Positions 27,894 through 36,526 of a stretch of 64,000 nt of DNA are shown piece by piece. Source of the DNA: Patescibacteria group bacterium (GTDB lineage Bacteria; Patescibacteriota; Kazan-3B-28); NCBI GenBank assembly GCA_041649135.1, contig JBAZNQ010000001.1:445438-509437 (forward strand), given 5' to 3'. The notes under the pieces are model-generated. The model searched no databases, was not told the DNA's origin, and saw only the letters and a list, made by a program, of their open reading frames with translations. The position numbers and the translations under genes were made by a program. Each line of letters starts with the position of its first letter. Position 1 is the stretch's first letter.

Positions 27894-28584
27894 TTCGTGC
27901 CTCCCACCGCAACAAATTCAGCTTGTCTTCTCGAACCAGAGTGGTGGCCTTCAGACTATAACCAGAACGTTGTTTTATTTTAGCTATGATATCAAGTTTT
28001 GCCTGACTCGCCTGCAAACCACGTGCTGTGTATGATACTGCGCCCAATAAAAAGTCAGCCAATTGAAGAATCTCACTTTCGTGAGAGCGCATATTTTGAA
28101 TCTTTGCTACCACTTTCCTAGAGATATCCCCCAAGCTAGTGGCAAGCACATCATGCAGCTTCTTCACCTTATCCGCACTACGACTATCTTTGATGTCTAA
28201 GTATATGTCGTATTTATTTTCAGGATGCAAAATGACCCATAGCATCTCGTAGTACATTTTGTAATACCAATCGTCATGGGTCTGATTGTGCGCCTCATGA
28301 TTCAACACTCCCTTATCAGGTATCACCAGCGCCCTAAAGTGAAGATCGGAATTGTCGAAAAAATAATTCACCAAATCAAGATAAAAGGCTTCTTTGGCTG
28401 GGGAAACCTTTGACCACTTGATTTCAAAGCTACCACTAAGGCCATGCTCTTTTTTAATTTCCCGAATTCTTTGCGAAATCGGACGAACTTTTTCTATGGG
28501 GCACCATATGGCGCCCAGCGACATAGCCAGTTGTTTGTCATTTTCCAAGTGACAACTTTCGTCACAGTAAACATTAAAATCCAT
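27886..28584 (-). CDS. DUF3800 domain protein (RNase H-like; P1 RlfA-like)
   Basis: VYCDESCHLE, EIKWSK, ILQLADFL (QxAD). Confidence 0.88.
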   Translation of the reverse strand: MDFNVYCDESCHLENDKQLAMSLGAIWCPIEKVRPISQRIREIKKEHGLSGSFEIKWSKVSPAKEAFYLDLVNYFFDNSDLHFRALVIPDKGVLNHEAHNQTHDDWYYKMYYEMLWVILHPENKYDIYLDIKDSRSADKVKKLHDVLATSLGDISRKVVAKIQNMRSHESEILQLADFLLGAVSYTARGLQASQAKLDIIAKIKQRSGYSLKATTLVREDKLNLLRWEARNG

Positions 28585-29067
28585 ACTTCCTCCTGATAGC
28601 TAAAAGTGGGTGAAAACAACACCCTACATCATTTTACACCCAAATTAGGTTGCAAATAGACCATCCCATCTATCTTCTCTATCGTGTCGGAAAACTCTTG
28701 ATTTTCCGACTGCTTCGTGGCGCAGTATAAAAAATCAGCTATCTGCTCGTTCCAAAAAACTCTTTTTTATCGTGTCAGGAAACTCCTTTTGCCGTGTCGG
28801 AAAATTACCCAACATGCCCTCGTTCAGGCAAAAGCGACCTTTTACCGTGTCAATAAATCATCGTTTTCTACCGCCCACCGTACATATCAACCCAAAAGAC
28901 ATACCCAGCCACAATCACAAAAATCACTAACGTAAAAATTCCAGAGGCCACTTCCCCAGCATACAAATACAGCAACACACCACTAAACAAGAATAGGGCA
29001 ATGGACATAATGAGACACAGAGGATAAATCTTTGGATCCATGTTGATTAGGAGATAACTTATATCAC

Positions 29068-29230
29068 AAAAGGGCAGACCTCACGCTTGGTCTACCCGAA
29101 ACCTCTTGCCCTGTTAGGAGCTGAGCGTCGCGGACAAGCAGAGCATCTGCCCGTCTCTGCCCACGACACCTCTCTCAATAGAGGCCTAACAGGAATTGTA
29201 GATATACAAATTTTGGTTTCAGGTAGACGC
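29068..29230 (-). ncRNA. Candidate structured ncRNA, copy B
   Basis: Same architecture as 18435-18593 with different stem sequences; TAAAAT -10 box at identical spacing. Confidence 0.65.
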
Positions 29231-29436
29231 CCACATTTTACCTTGTGCGGACTTTTTTATCCACATTTTTATTTTCGCCCCATAAGATAAAGATATATTC
29301 CAATCGTTGCTCTGGAAGCTGATTTCGCACTAGACAGCCTGTTGCGAATCGATACAATGAAACTAGTTTCGACAGTTCACTTGTTCATTTAGCAATACAA
29401 CCAGTTCGCGGCATGGTTAGCTGTGTTTTCAAATAC

Positions 29437-29640
29437 ATGGTTACTTCAATATCCAGCAAACGAGTCGCGGAGTTCGCACGTCTGTACAAGAACGCTTACG
29501 GCATCAAACTGACGCACGAACAAGCAGAGAGCAAAGCAAAAGCATTGCTCAATCTTGTAATTGCCATGTCCCCCTCCCAACCCAACGGTATATTAGTTAA
29601 CCAAAATCATCGAAATGAAAGACAAGTTAGTCCGTGTTAG
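29437..29640 (+). CDS. Small helical protein (homolog of 5587-5772)
   Basis: SISSKRVAEFARLYKNAYGIKLTHEQAESKAKALL. Confidence 0.65.
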   Translation: MVTSISSKRVAEFARLYKNAYGIKLTHEQAESKAKALLNLVIAMSPSQPNGILVNQNHRNERQVSPC

Positions 29641-29818
29641 TAGTGAGTCCCATAAGCTCCTCAACCTATACGCTGTAGCCCAAGGTGAAAGCCTGAAAAG
29701 CGCCATAGAGCATCTCATCAACTCTGCAATTGAAGCCGACTCAGAGCTTCAGCCACTTTTCATTCAGCTTGCCAACCACTCTGCAACAAAACCAGCAGAA
29801 CCTGCTGGACTTAAATAA
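29615..29818 (+). CDS. Ribbon-helix-helix-like small DNA-binding protein
   Basis: KLVRVSSESHKLLNLYAVAQGESLKSAIEHLI. Confidence 0.6.
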   Translation: MKDKLVRVSSESHKLLNLYAVAQGESLKSAIEHLINSAIEADSELQPLFIQLANHSATKPAEPAGLK

Positions 29819-29846
29819 AAACTTCGAGTATTGGTTTGTGTTGACT

Positions 29847-31451
29847 ATGAAATATATTCTCTACGCTAGAAAGTCCTCAGAAAGTGAAGACCGACAAGTA
29901 CTGTCGGTGGATTCGCAAATTCAAGAATTAAAGGCATTAGCCAAACGCAATGGTCAGCAAATAGTAGCTGTCCTTCAGGAATCGATGTCAGCCAAAGACC
30001 CAGAAAAGAGGCCAGTATTTGAAGAAATGGTAGATAGGATCAAGGGCGGAGAAGCTCAAGGTATTATCTGCTGGAAACTCGACCGATTAGCCCGCAATCC
30101 CGTTGATGGTGGAACAATCCAATGGATGCTCCAAAGAGGCGATGTCACGCACATTCAGACAGCTGATAGAAGTTATTACCCCAGCGACAATGTACTTCTG
30201 ATGAGTGTGGAGCTTGGTATGGCAAATCAGTTTATTCGAGACTTAAGTCAAAACACCAAAAGAGGTCTACGCGCAAAGGCAGCTCAAGGACACTATCCTG
30301 GCTATTCAACTATTGGATATATGCACGACCCTCTAGTCCCTAAGGGGAAAAAATATATCATCCCCGACCCAGAACGATTCTCGATTGTCCAACGAATGTT
30401 GCGACTAATAATTGATGGGGAAGCTAACCCACCTCAGGCACTAAAGGTCGCCACAGAAGAATGGGGTCTTAGAAGTAGGCTCGGCAACAAGTTGCCACAA
30501 AGTACTATCTATCGAATCATCAAAGATCCTTTTTACGCAGGATACTATGAATACCCTAAAGCCAGTGGTAATTGGTTTGATGGACTACATGAGGCAATGA
30601 TTACCAGAAGCGAGTACGACACACTCCAAGCAATTATGAAACGACCAAGTAGAACCCGTCCCAAAACCCTAATCTTTGCCTATACTGGCCTAATCTACTG
30701 TGGAGAATGTGGTGGTATGGTCACTGCCGAAATAAAAAGAAAGGTCTTAAAGAATGGGGAAATCAGAATCTACATCTACTATCACTGCACCAAGCGGAAA
30801 AATCCTAACTGCACTCAAAAGTGCATTACCGAAGAGGAGCTAGAATCTCAACTCGTAGCCATTCTTAAGCGAGTAGAACTCCCAGAGGATTTCAGCGAGT
30901 GGGTCATCAAGCAACTAGAGCTCATGAACCGCCAATCTGCCGAAAACCGCCAAGCCATATTGCGCGACCTGCAAGCTAACTACCAAAATTGCACCAAGCG
31001 TATCGACACCCTTATAGACATGCGTACTTCCGAAGCTATAACTTCAGAAGAGTTTGATACCAAGAAAGTTCAGCTACTAGCCGAAAAGGAACGAATCCAC
31101 GAGCTCCTGAATGACAAGGATCGCGATGTTAACCAGACCGTGGTTAGAACCGAGACAATCATAAGATTAGCCGAGCAAGCCACCCTTAAGCTCAAAACTG
31201 GTAGCATTCTCGAGAAGAAGCGTCTAGTATCCCAATTATGTTCGAACCTGACACTGCTAGACAATAAGCTCACCCTAGAAGTAGAAAAACCATTTTCTAT
31301 CGCAGAACGGCTGGCCACAGAAGTGCATGCCATTGCTGAAGGGTTAGAACCGCAAAAAGACCGCTCACAGAGCGACCTTATTGCCGAAAAACTAGTTGAT
31401 TCTGATAACTGGCTCCCGCGGCTGGATTCGAACCAGCGACCCATCGCTTAA
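29847..31451 (+). CDS. Large serine recombinase (LSR-B), reading into the antisense tRNA-Asn
   Basis: MKYILYARKSSE, KLDRLARN, zinc ribbon CGECG...YYHC...C, coiled coil; ends WLPRLDSNQRPIA inside the tRNA. Confidence 0.95.
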   Translation: MKYILYARKSSESEDRQVLSVDSQIQELKALAKRNGQQIVAVLQESMSAKDPEKRPVFEEMVDRIKGGEAQGIICWKLDRLARNPVDGGTIQWMLQRGDVTHIQTADRSYYPSDNVLLMSVELGMANQFIRDLSQNTKRGLRAKAAQGHYPGYSTIGYMHDPLVPKGKKYIIPDPERFSIVQRMLRLIIDGEANPPQALKVATEEWGLRSRLGNKLPQSTIYRIIKDPFYAGYYEYPKASGNWFDGLHEAMITRSEYDTLQAIMKRPSRTRPKTLIFAYTGLIYCGECGGMVTAEIKRKVLKNGEIRIYIYYHCTKRKNPNCTQKCITEEELESQLVAILKRVELPEDFSEWVIKQLELMNRQSAENRQAILRDLQANYQNCTKRIDTLIDMRTSEAITSEEFDTKKVQLLAEKERIHELLNDKDRDVNQTVVRTETIIRLAEQATLKLKTGSILEKKRLVSQLCSNLTLLDNKLTLEVEKPFSIAERLATEVHAIAEGLEPQKDRSQSDLIAEKLVDSDNWLPRLDSNQRPIA

Positions 31452-31484
31452 CAGGCGATTGCTCTACCGCTGAGCTACACGGGA
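31410..31484 (-). tRNA. tRNA-Asn(GTT)
   Basis: TCCCGTG/CGCGGGA acceptor, ATCGC-CTGTTAA-GCGAT, GGTTCGAATCC, GCCA end. Confidence 0.95.
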
Positions 31485-31562
31485 ATAACAAACTGCCTAC
31501 GGCAGTTAATATCCAATTTCCAATATCCAATTCTCAAGTGTCCAATATCCAATGCCCAATAA

Positions 31563-31940
31563 TCAAGAAGCAGAGACTTTAGCTATCATTTTGTTTTTGA
31601 TGGTCGCCAGTATTTTAACTATTTCTTGCCCTTCCGTAAACACCCCATCAAGAGCCAATAAGTCAACCGATTTTCGAACCTTTAGTATTCTCAACCAGTA
31701 CAGTGTCTCCTTAGCCTCTTTTAGAGCAATTGAGAGTTTATGTATAAAGTCTTTGTCCGACTGCGCTTCGCTTGCCTCCATCATATTGGCAGCGATTGAG
31801 GTAGCTGACCGTACCAACTGGCCAACGAGAGGACGAGATCTAAAATCTAGCACTACACCGTCAGTCAGTTGCAAAACTCGGTCAGCCAATGCTTCACAGC
31901 GATCATAAATATCAATTTTGTTTCCAGCTCGTTCCCCCAT
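31563..31940 (-). CDS. Four-helix-bundle protein (23S rRNA IVS / TIGR02436-like)
   Basis: QLVRSATSIAANMMEA..AQS.KDFIHKL.IALKEAKET.YWL; flanked by heptamer repeats. Confidence 0.9.
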   Translation of the reverse strand: MGERAGNKIDIYDRCEALADRVLQLTDGVVLDFRSRPLVGQLVRSATSIAANMMEASEAQSDKDFIHKLSIALKEAKETLYWLRILKVRKSVDLLALDGVFTEGQEIVKILATIKNKMIAKVSAS

Positions 31941-31974
31941 TGAATATTGGAGATTGGATATTAAGTCGAAAGAT

Positions 31975-33744
31975 TTATTTTAGGTAATCCTTGAGTTTTT
32001 TAGAATCTTTCGACTTTCTTAGCTTCATCAATGCCTTGGCTTCTATCTGCCGAATACGCTCACGCGTCACCCCGAATTCCTTCCCCACTTCTTCCAAGGT
32101 ATGCGCCCATTCGCCACTTAAACCAAACCGCAGCTTCAGGATTTTTTGCTCTCTGGGCGACAGCAAGTCCAATACTCCACCCACATCTCCCTTCAGCAAC
32201 TCGTAAGCTGAAGCCTCTTCTGGCGTCAGACTATCCTCGTCTTGGATAAAGTCACCAAGCAAAGAATCATCTTCATCGCCCACCGATTTTTCTAAGCTCA
32301 CGGTTTCCTGCGAAATTTTTAATATGTGATTGACCTTCTCCACTTCCAATTCCATTTCATTAGCAATTTCCTCCGGAGTCGGCTCACGACCTAATTCCTG
32401 CACTAGTTGTCGTTGGGTTCTGGCCAGTCTATTCATCGTTTCTACCATATGAACTGGAATGCGAATCGTTCTGGCTTGGTCAGCAATTGCTCTGGTAATT
32501 GCCTGCCGGATCCACCAAGTCGCATATGTAGAAAACTTAAACCCGCGTCGCCAGTCGAATTTCTCCACCGCTTTCATCAGCCCGATGTTGCCCTCTTGGA
32601 TCAAATCCAACAGCGACAATCCTCGGCCAATATATTTCTTTGCGATCGATACCACCAACCGCAAGTTGGCTTCGGCCAGTTGTTTCGAGGCTAACGTATC
32701 GCTCTGCTCCACTCGTTTCGCTAGTGCGACCTCTTCTTCGGCCCGCAATAGTGGCACCTGACCAATTTCTTTCAAATACATCCGTACCGAGTCATCACTA
32801 ATATCATCTTCCAATAAATGCGGATCGATCTTGATTTCCAACTTATTCCGCATTTTCTTTTGCGTTGCCTCGGTTTTCTTGCTCATCTTGTTGTCATCCG
32901 CCAACGCCCAAATCAAATCATCCCGCACATCCACTACCTCAATACCCTCTTCCATTAATAATTGGAAAAGTTGATCAAGCAGTTCTATCTGTTTTTCGAC
33001 ATTTGGAATTACCTTCTCAAGTTCCTGTTGAGTAATAAAACCCTTCGCCTTACCCGCCGATACTAGATCAGCCAACGGACCGGGCAGATTACCAATTCCT
33101 GATTCCTTGCGTTTACGCTTCTTCTTTGCCTTCTCTTCTTCCTCGTCTTCAATCTCAAAAATCTTCAGCTTAGGTTCCTCTGGAATTGGTTCGCCCAACA
33201 ATTCCTCTTCCGCTCCCTTGCGACCACGCTTTGTTGGCTTAGCAACCTTGGCTGGTGCAGAATGCTTGACGTTCTTTTTTACCACCTTTTTGACCGCCAG
33301 AGAACGTTTGACGTTCTTCTTCGGCTTTGCTTTTTTCGCCAGCTTCTTCACCACCTTCTTCTTGGCTTTCATCCCGAGCTTGCCGAGAGACTTCGCCAGT
33401 TTTTTAACTATCTTCTTTTTCACCACCTTCTTCGCCATTTTTTTCTTAACTACCTTCTTGGCCAATCGCTTTTGAATCGCCCGTTTCGGGGCGGTCTTTT
33501 TCACAGCCGGCTTTTTAATCGGTTTCTTCTTGACCACTTTTTTTGCTACTTTTTTACCTACCTTTTTTACAGACTTCTTAGATTTCATCCCGAGCCTGCC
33601 GAGGGACTTTGTCGGCTTTTTCCCGACGGTCGCTCGTTTCCGAACCACCGCCCGTCGCAGACCCTTCGTAGCTTTAGCGGAGTAGGGTTTACCCGTCGCA
33701 CCACGAGTTGCTTTCTTTTTCACAAGCTTTTTTTTGCTCGCCAT
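31975..33744 (-). CDS. rpoD: Primary sigma factor RpoD with a long Lys-rich N-terminal extension
   Basis: [69 protein letters not shown]; follows dnaG. Confidence 0.97.
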   Translation of the reverse strand: MASKKKLVKKKATRGATGKPYSAKATKGLRRAVVRKRATVGKKPTKSLGRLGMKSKKSVKKVGKKVAKKVVKKKPIKKPAVKKTAPKRAIQKRLAKKVVKKKMAKKVVKKKIVKKLAKSLGKLGMKAKKKVVKKLAKKAKPKKNVKRSLAVKKVVKKNVKHSAPAKVAKPTKRGRKGAEEELLGEPIPEEPKLKIFEIEDEEEEKAKKKRKRKESGIGNLPGPLADLVSAGKAKGFITQQELEKVIPNVEKQIELLDQLFQLLMEEGIEVVDVRDDLIWALADDNKMSKKTEATQKKMRNKLEIKIDPHLLEDDISDDSVRMYLKEIGQVPLLRAEEEVALAKRVEQSDTLASKQLAEANLRLVVSIAKKYIGRGLSLLDLIQEGNIGLMKAVEKFDWRRGFKFSTYATWWIRQAITRAIADQARTIRIPVHMVETMNRLARTQRQLVQELGREPTPEEIANEMELEVEKVNHILKISQETVSLEKSVGDEDDSLLGDFIQDEDSLTPEEASAYELLKGDVGGVLDLLSPREQKILKLRFGLSGEWAHTLEEVGKEFGVTRERIRQIEAKALMKLRKSKDSKKLKDYLK

Positions 33745-33771
33745 AGAAAGTCCTTTCTATAGTTATTACTT

Positions 33772-33872
33772 TGTCATCCTGAATACAACGAAGGATCTAG
33801 GTCGCCACAGCAACCGCTATCGCCCCAACGGGGCCCCTTTGGGGCTAGATTCTTCACTCCGTTCAGAATGAC
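33772..33872. repeat. REP/MITE-like palindromic element (TGTCATCCTGAA...TTCAGAATGACA)
   Basis: Terminal inverted repeats; related GTCAT...GAATGAC elements near 35687, 38502, 41375, 45220 and 58343. Confidence 0.65.
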
Positions 33873-33875
33873 AAA

Positions 33876-35606
33876 CTACAGTTGATTCAATTCCTTCAAA
33901 AGTTCCGCTACTCTCACTTGATCGTTCTTGGCTTCTGCTTCAGCGATCGCCGCCGCCAATTCATTTCTCTTAACAGTCGCGGACCGGTTCAGCAATAGAT
34001 CTAAATAAAACTTCAGTTCTTTTCCCAAATCCTCTACTGGGACACCCACGTACCCTTGTTCCAAAACCAACATCAATTCCGAAACAGCAGTTTTAGTCGG
34101 TTCAGGTAGTTGTTTCAAAAAATCTTCAGCTCGGAAGGTAGCGTCAGCAGTATACCAAGCGCGTAAACTATCGTAAATGGTATTTGCCAGTCCGGAAGCC
34201 CATTTTATTCTCTTCCCTGCCGTCAGTAGTTCCGACAACAGGCTAGCGTCCAACATCGGTAGCATCACCACCCGTTCTTCCAGCCAAGTCGGGGACATCT
34301 CCTCGGTTGATTCGCCTGCCGGTTTCACAAACTTGCGATTTGGCTTTAACGATTTCTTCAGAGCATCATATAGCACCGCCGGTTCCACATCTACCGTTCG
34401 CGCCAACCGCTTAATATAGTGGTCACGTTCCACGGGATCGTTCACTTTTGTGATCACCGCCAGCAACTCTCGGGTTAGTTGTTTTTTATCTTCTAATTTC
34501 GTTACATCATACTTCCTAGCCGCCACATCAAAATAGAAGTCCATTACCGGCACAGCCGCATCGACCGCCTTTTCCCAGTTCTCCGGATTTTCCTTGATCA
34601 TCGAATCGGGATCTTTATGATTCCCCAGCAACACCACTTTCACCGTCATATCAAAATTATTGGCCAACTCGAGCGCCCTCCGCGTTGCCTCCCCACCCGC
34701 CGCATCCGCATCTAACGACAATATGATCTCCTTGCCATAACGATTTAACATTTGTAGTTGCTGTTCCGTTAGCGCCGTTCCCGAAATTCCTACCACATTT
34801 TTTACCCCTGCTTGATAGGAGCTAATCGTATCCATCTGCCCTTCCACCATCACTACTCGTCCTTCTTGCTGAATGGTTTGCTTGGCCAAATGTAGCCCAT
34901 ATAGCATTTCGCTCTTATGGAACAATGGCGTCTCTGGTGAATTCAAATATTTCGGAATTCCATTCGGATCCAATACCCGACCAGTAAATGCCACCACTCT
35001 ACCAAGACTGTCCCACAACGGGAACATCACCCGTCCCACAAATTTGTCGTATAAAAAGTTACCCTTACGCACTCCCAAGCCAGCTTTTTCAATATCCGCC
35101 TCTTTTGCTCCCTTTCGGATCAAAAACTCCGCCAACGCCCTCCCCGACTTTGGCGCAAATCCAATCCGAAATCCAGCCAGAGTTGCCGGTAGCATCCCCC
35201 GACCTACCATATATTCCTTTGCCGCTCTCCCCTCATCAGTTTCCAACAAAACTTTTTCATAAAACCTTGCCGCCGTTTCGTTGATATTCATCAAAGTCTT
35301 ACGAGTATCGATCCCCGACTGCGGCACTTTGGAAAGCTGGATTCCCGTCTGTTCCGCCAACATCGACAAAGCTTCCGAAAAGCCCATCCCTTCTTTTTCC
35401 ATCACAAACTTAAATACGTCCCCACCCCGTCCACAGCCGAAACAGTGCCAAATCTGTTTGTCAGGGCTAACCATAAACGACGGAGACTTTTCCATGTGGA
35501 ACGGGCACAGCCCTTTGTAATTGGTACCAGCTTTTTTGAGCGGCAAATACCGGCCGATGAAATCGACCAAATCGATCTTGCCTTTAATTTCTTCTAAATC
35601 AGTCAT
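33876..35606 (-). CDS. dnaG: DNA primase
   Basis: CHC2 zinc finger CPFH.EKSPSF...HCFGC, KYLNSPET, Toprim VEGQMD and LDADAAG. Confidence 0.97.
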   Translation of the reverse strand: MTDLEEIKGKIDLVDFIGRYLPLKKAGTNYKGLCPFHMEKSPSFMVSPDKQIWHCFGCGRGGDVFKFVMEKEGMGFSEALSMLAEQTGIQLSKVPQSGIDTRKTLMNINETAARFYEKVLLETDEGRAAKEYMVGRGMLPATLAGFRIGFAPKSGRALAEFLIRKGAKEADIEKAGLGVRKGNFLYDKFVGRVMFPLWDSLGRVVAFTGRVLDPNGIPKYLNSPETPLFHKSEMLYGLHLAKQTIQQEGRVVMVEGQMDTISSYQAGVKNVVGISGTALTEQQLQMLNRYGKEIILSLDADAAGGEATRRALELANNFDMTVKVVLLGNHKDPDSMIKENPENWEKAVDAAVPVMDFYFDVAARKYDVTKLEDKKQLTRELLAVITKVNDPVERDHYIKRLARTVDVEPAVLYDALKKSLKPNRKFVKPAGESTEEMSPTWLEERVVMLPMLDASLLSELLTAGKRIKWASGLANTIYDSLRAWYTADATFRAEDFLKQLPEPTKTAVSELMLVLEQGYVGVPVEDLGKELKFYLDLLLNRSATVKRNELAAAIAEAEAKNDQVRVAELLKELNQL

Positions 35607-35686
35607 ATCCTTGCTCCAAATTCTAATTTCGAATCTCTAAATTCTAAACAAATCCCAAACTCTAACTTCCTAAACTGTTTCTCATG

Positions 35687-35793
35687 CGTCATCCCCGAAC
35701 CGACAACGATAGCACGTCGATATCGGGGATCCAGACAAAAACAGAAACATTTTTATTTTTAAGGTCTAGATCCCCGCCTTCGCGGGAATGACA
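35687..35793. repeat. GTCAT...GGATC / GATCCCCGCCTTCGCGGGAATGAC palindromic element
   Basis: Central ATCCAGACAA.AACAGAAACATTTTTATTTT is shared with 41417-41448. Confidence 0.7.
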
Positions 35794-35805
35794 ACCAAGG
35801 AGGAC

Positions 35806-35935
35806 TCTACTCTCTACTCTCTACTCTCTACTCTCTACTCTCTACTCTCTACTCTCTACTCTCTACTCTCTACTCTCTACTCTCTACTCTCTACTCTCTA
35901 CTCTCTACTCTCTACTCTCTACTCTCTACTCTCTA
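35806..35935. repeat. Perfect heptamer tandem repeat (TCTACTC)x18 plus a partial unit
   Basis: Directly visible; overlaps the stop of the upstream nucleotidase gene. Confidence 0.97.
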
Positions 35936-36515
35936 GCGTACCCACTGCCTCCACTATCTCCCCCCAGTTGTCAGCCCGAAGCACCGATGCCGGCAGCCGA
36001 TGATAGCCATTCCAAGGTTTGTTCATAACTATCAATCTTACTCCATGTTTCATCAAAGACTCCACATGCCGAGTATCGTCGTCTATCAGCACCTCACACC
36101 CTAGCCGTTCACATACCTCCCCCTTAGTCAAAGTTGGACTCCCATCTTTGGAGTAGCTATTAGTAAATTCAACCATCTTGAATGAATTGGGGAAGTTTCT
36201 GCCCAACCAATCATAAGTAATTTTCTGCACCACATTCTGTCTGCCAGTTACCACGTATAACTCGTGATCTTTTATCAACTCCTCAATTCCTTCTTGCGCA
36301 CCTGCTACCACCGGTAAATTTTGATAACTCTCTGTCTCAAAGAATCTATGGATATCATCAATCGCTTCCTCTAATGTATTCCCCAGAAATATTGGCCAAT
36401 GAGAATCCATCGCATCGTCAAAAGTCCACTCCGTACCATACTGCAGGTTATACCACTTCAAAAATTCCCGAATCTCCTCCGCCAGCACTTCATCTAAATC
36501 AACCGCAATTTTCAT
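35919..36515 (-). CDS. 5'(3')-deoxyribonucleotidase, NT5C/HAD family
   Basis: IAVDLDEVL, YVVTGR, K...C, LIDD, PWN. Confidence 0.88.
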   Translation of the reverse strand: MKIAVDLDEVLAEEIREFLKWYNLQYGTEWTFDDAMDSHWPIFLGNTLEEAIDDIHRFFETESYQNLPVVAGAQEGIEELIKDHELYVVTGRQNVVQKITYDWLGRNFPNSFKMVEFTNSYSKDGSPTLTKGEVCERLGCEVLIDDDTRHVESLMKHGVRLIVMNKPWNGYHRLPASVLRADNWGEIVEAVGTLESRE

Positions 36516-36526
36516 GCTGCAGTCTT

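Larger units (their letters stand above)
26104..31417. mobile_element. About 5.3-kb LSR integrative element at the tRNA-Asn 3' end
   Basis: Bounded by CTGGCTCCC-N3-GCTGGAT at 26103 and 31409 (tRNA end); contains LSR-B. Confidence 0.75.

Noticed and set aside
611-31484. Classical integron
   Set aside because: No tyrosine recombinase (IntI) in the window and no RYYYAAC...GTTRRRY attC palindromes recognised; only serine recombinases are present.
31563-31940. Four-helix-bundle gene as the Avd of a diversity-generating retroelement
   Set aside because: No reverse transcriptase and no TR/VR pair with adenine-specific differences seen in the window.
35788-36003. ORF with LYSLLST repeats
   Set aside because: Translation artefact of the (TCTACTC)n tract.
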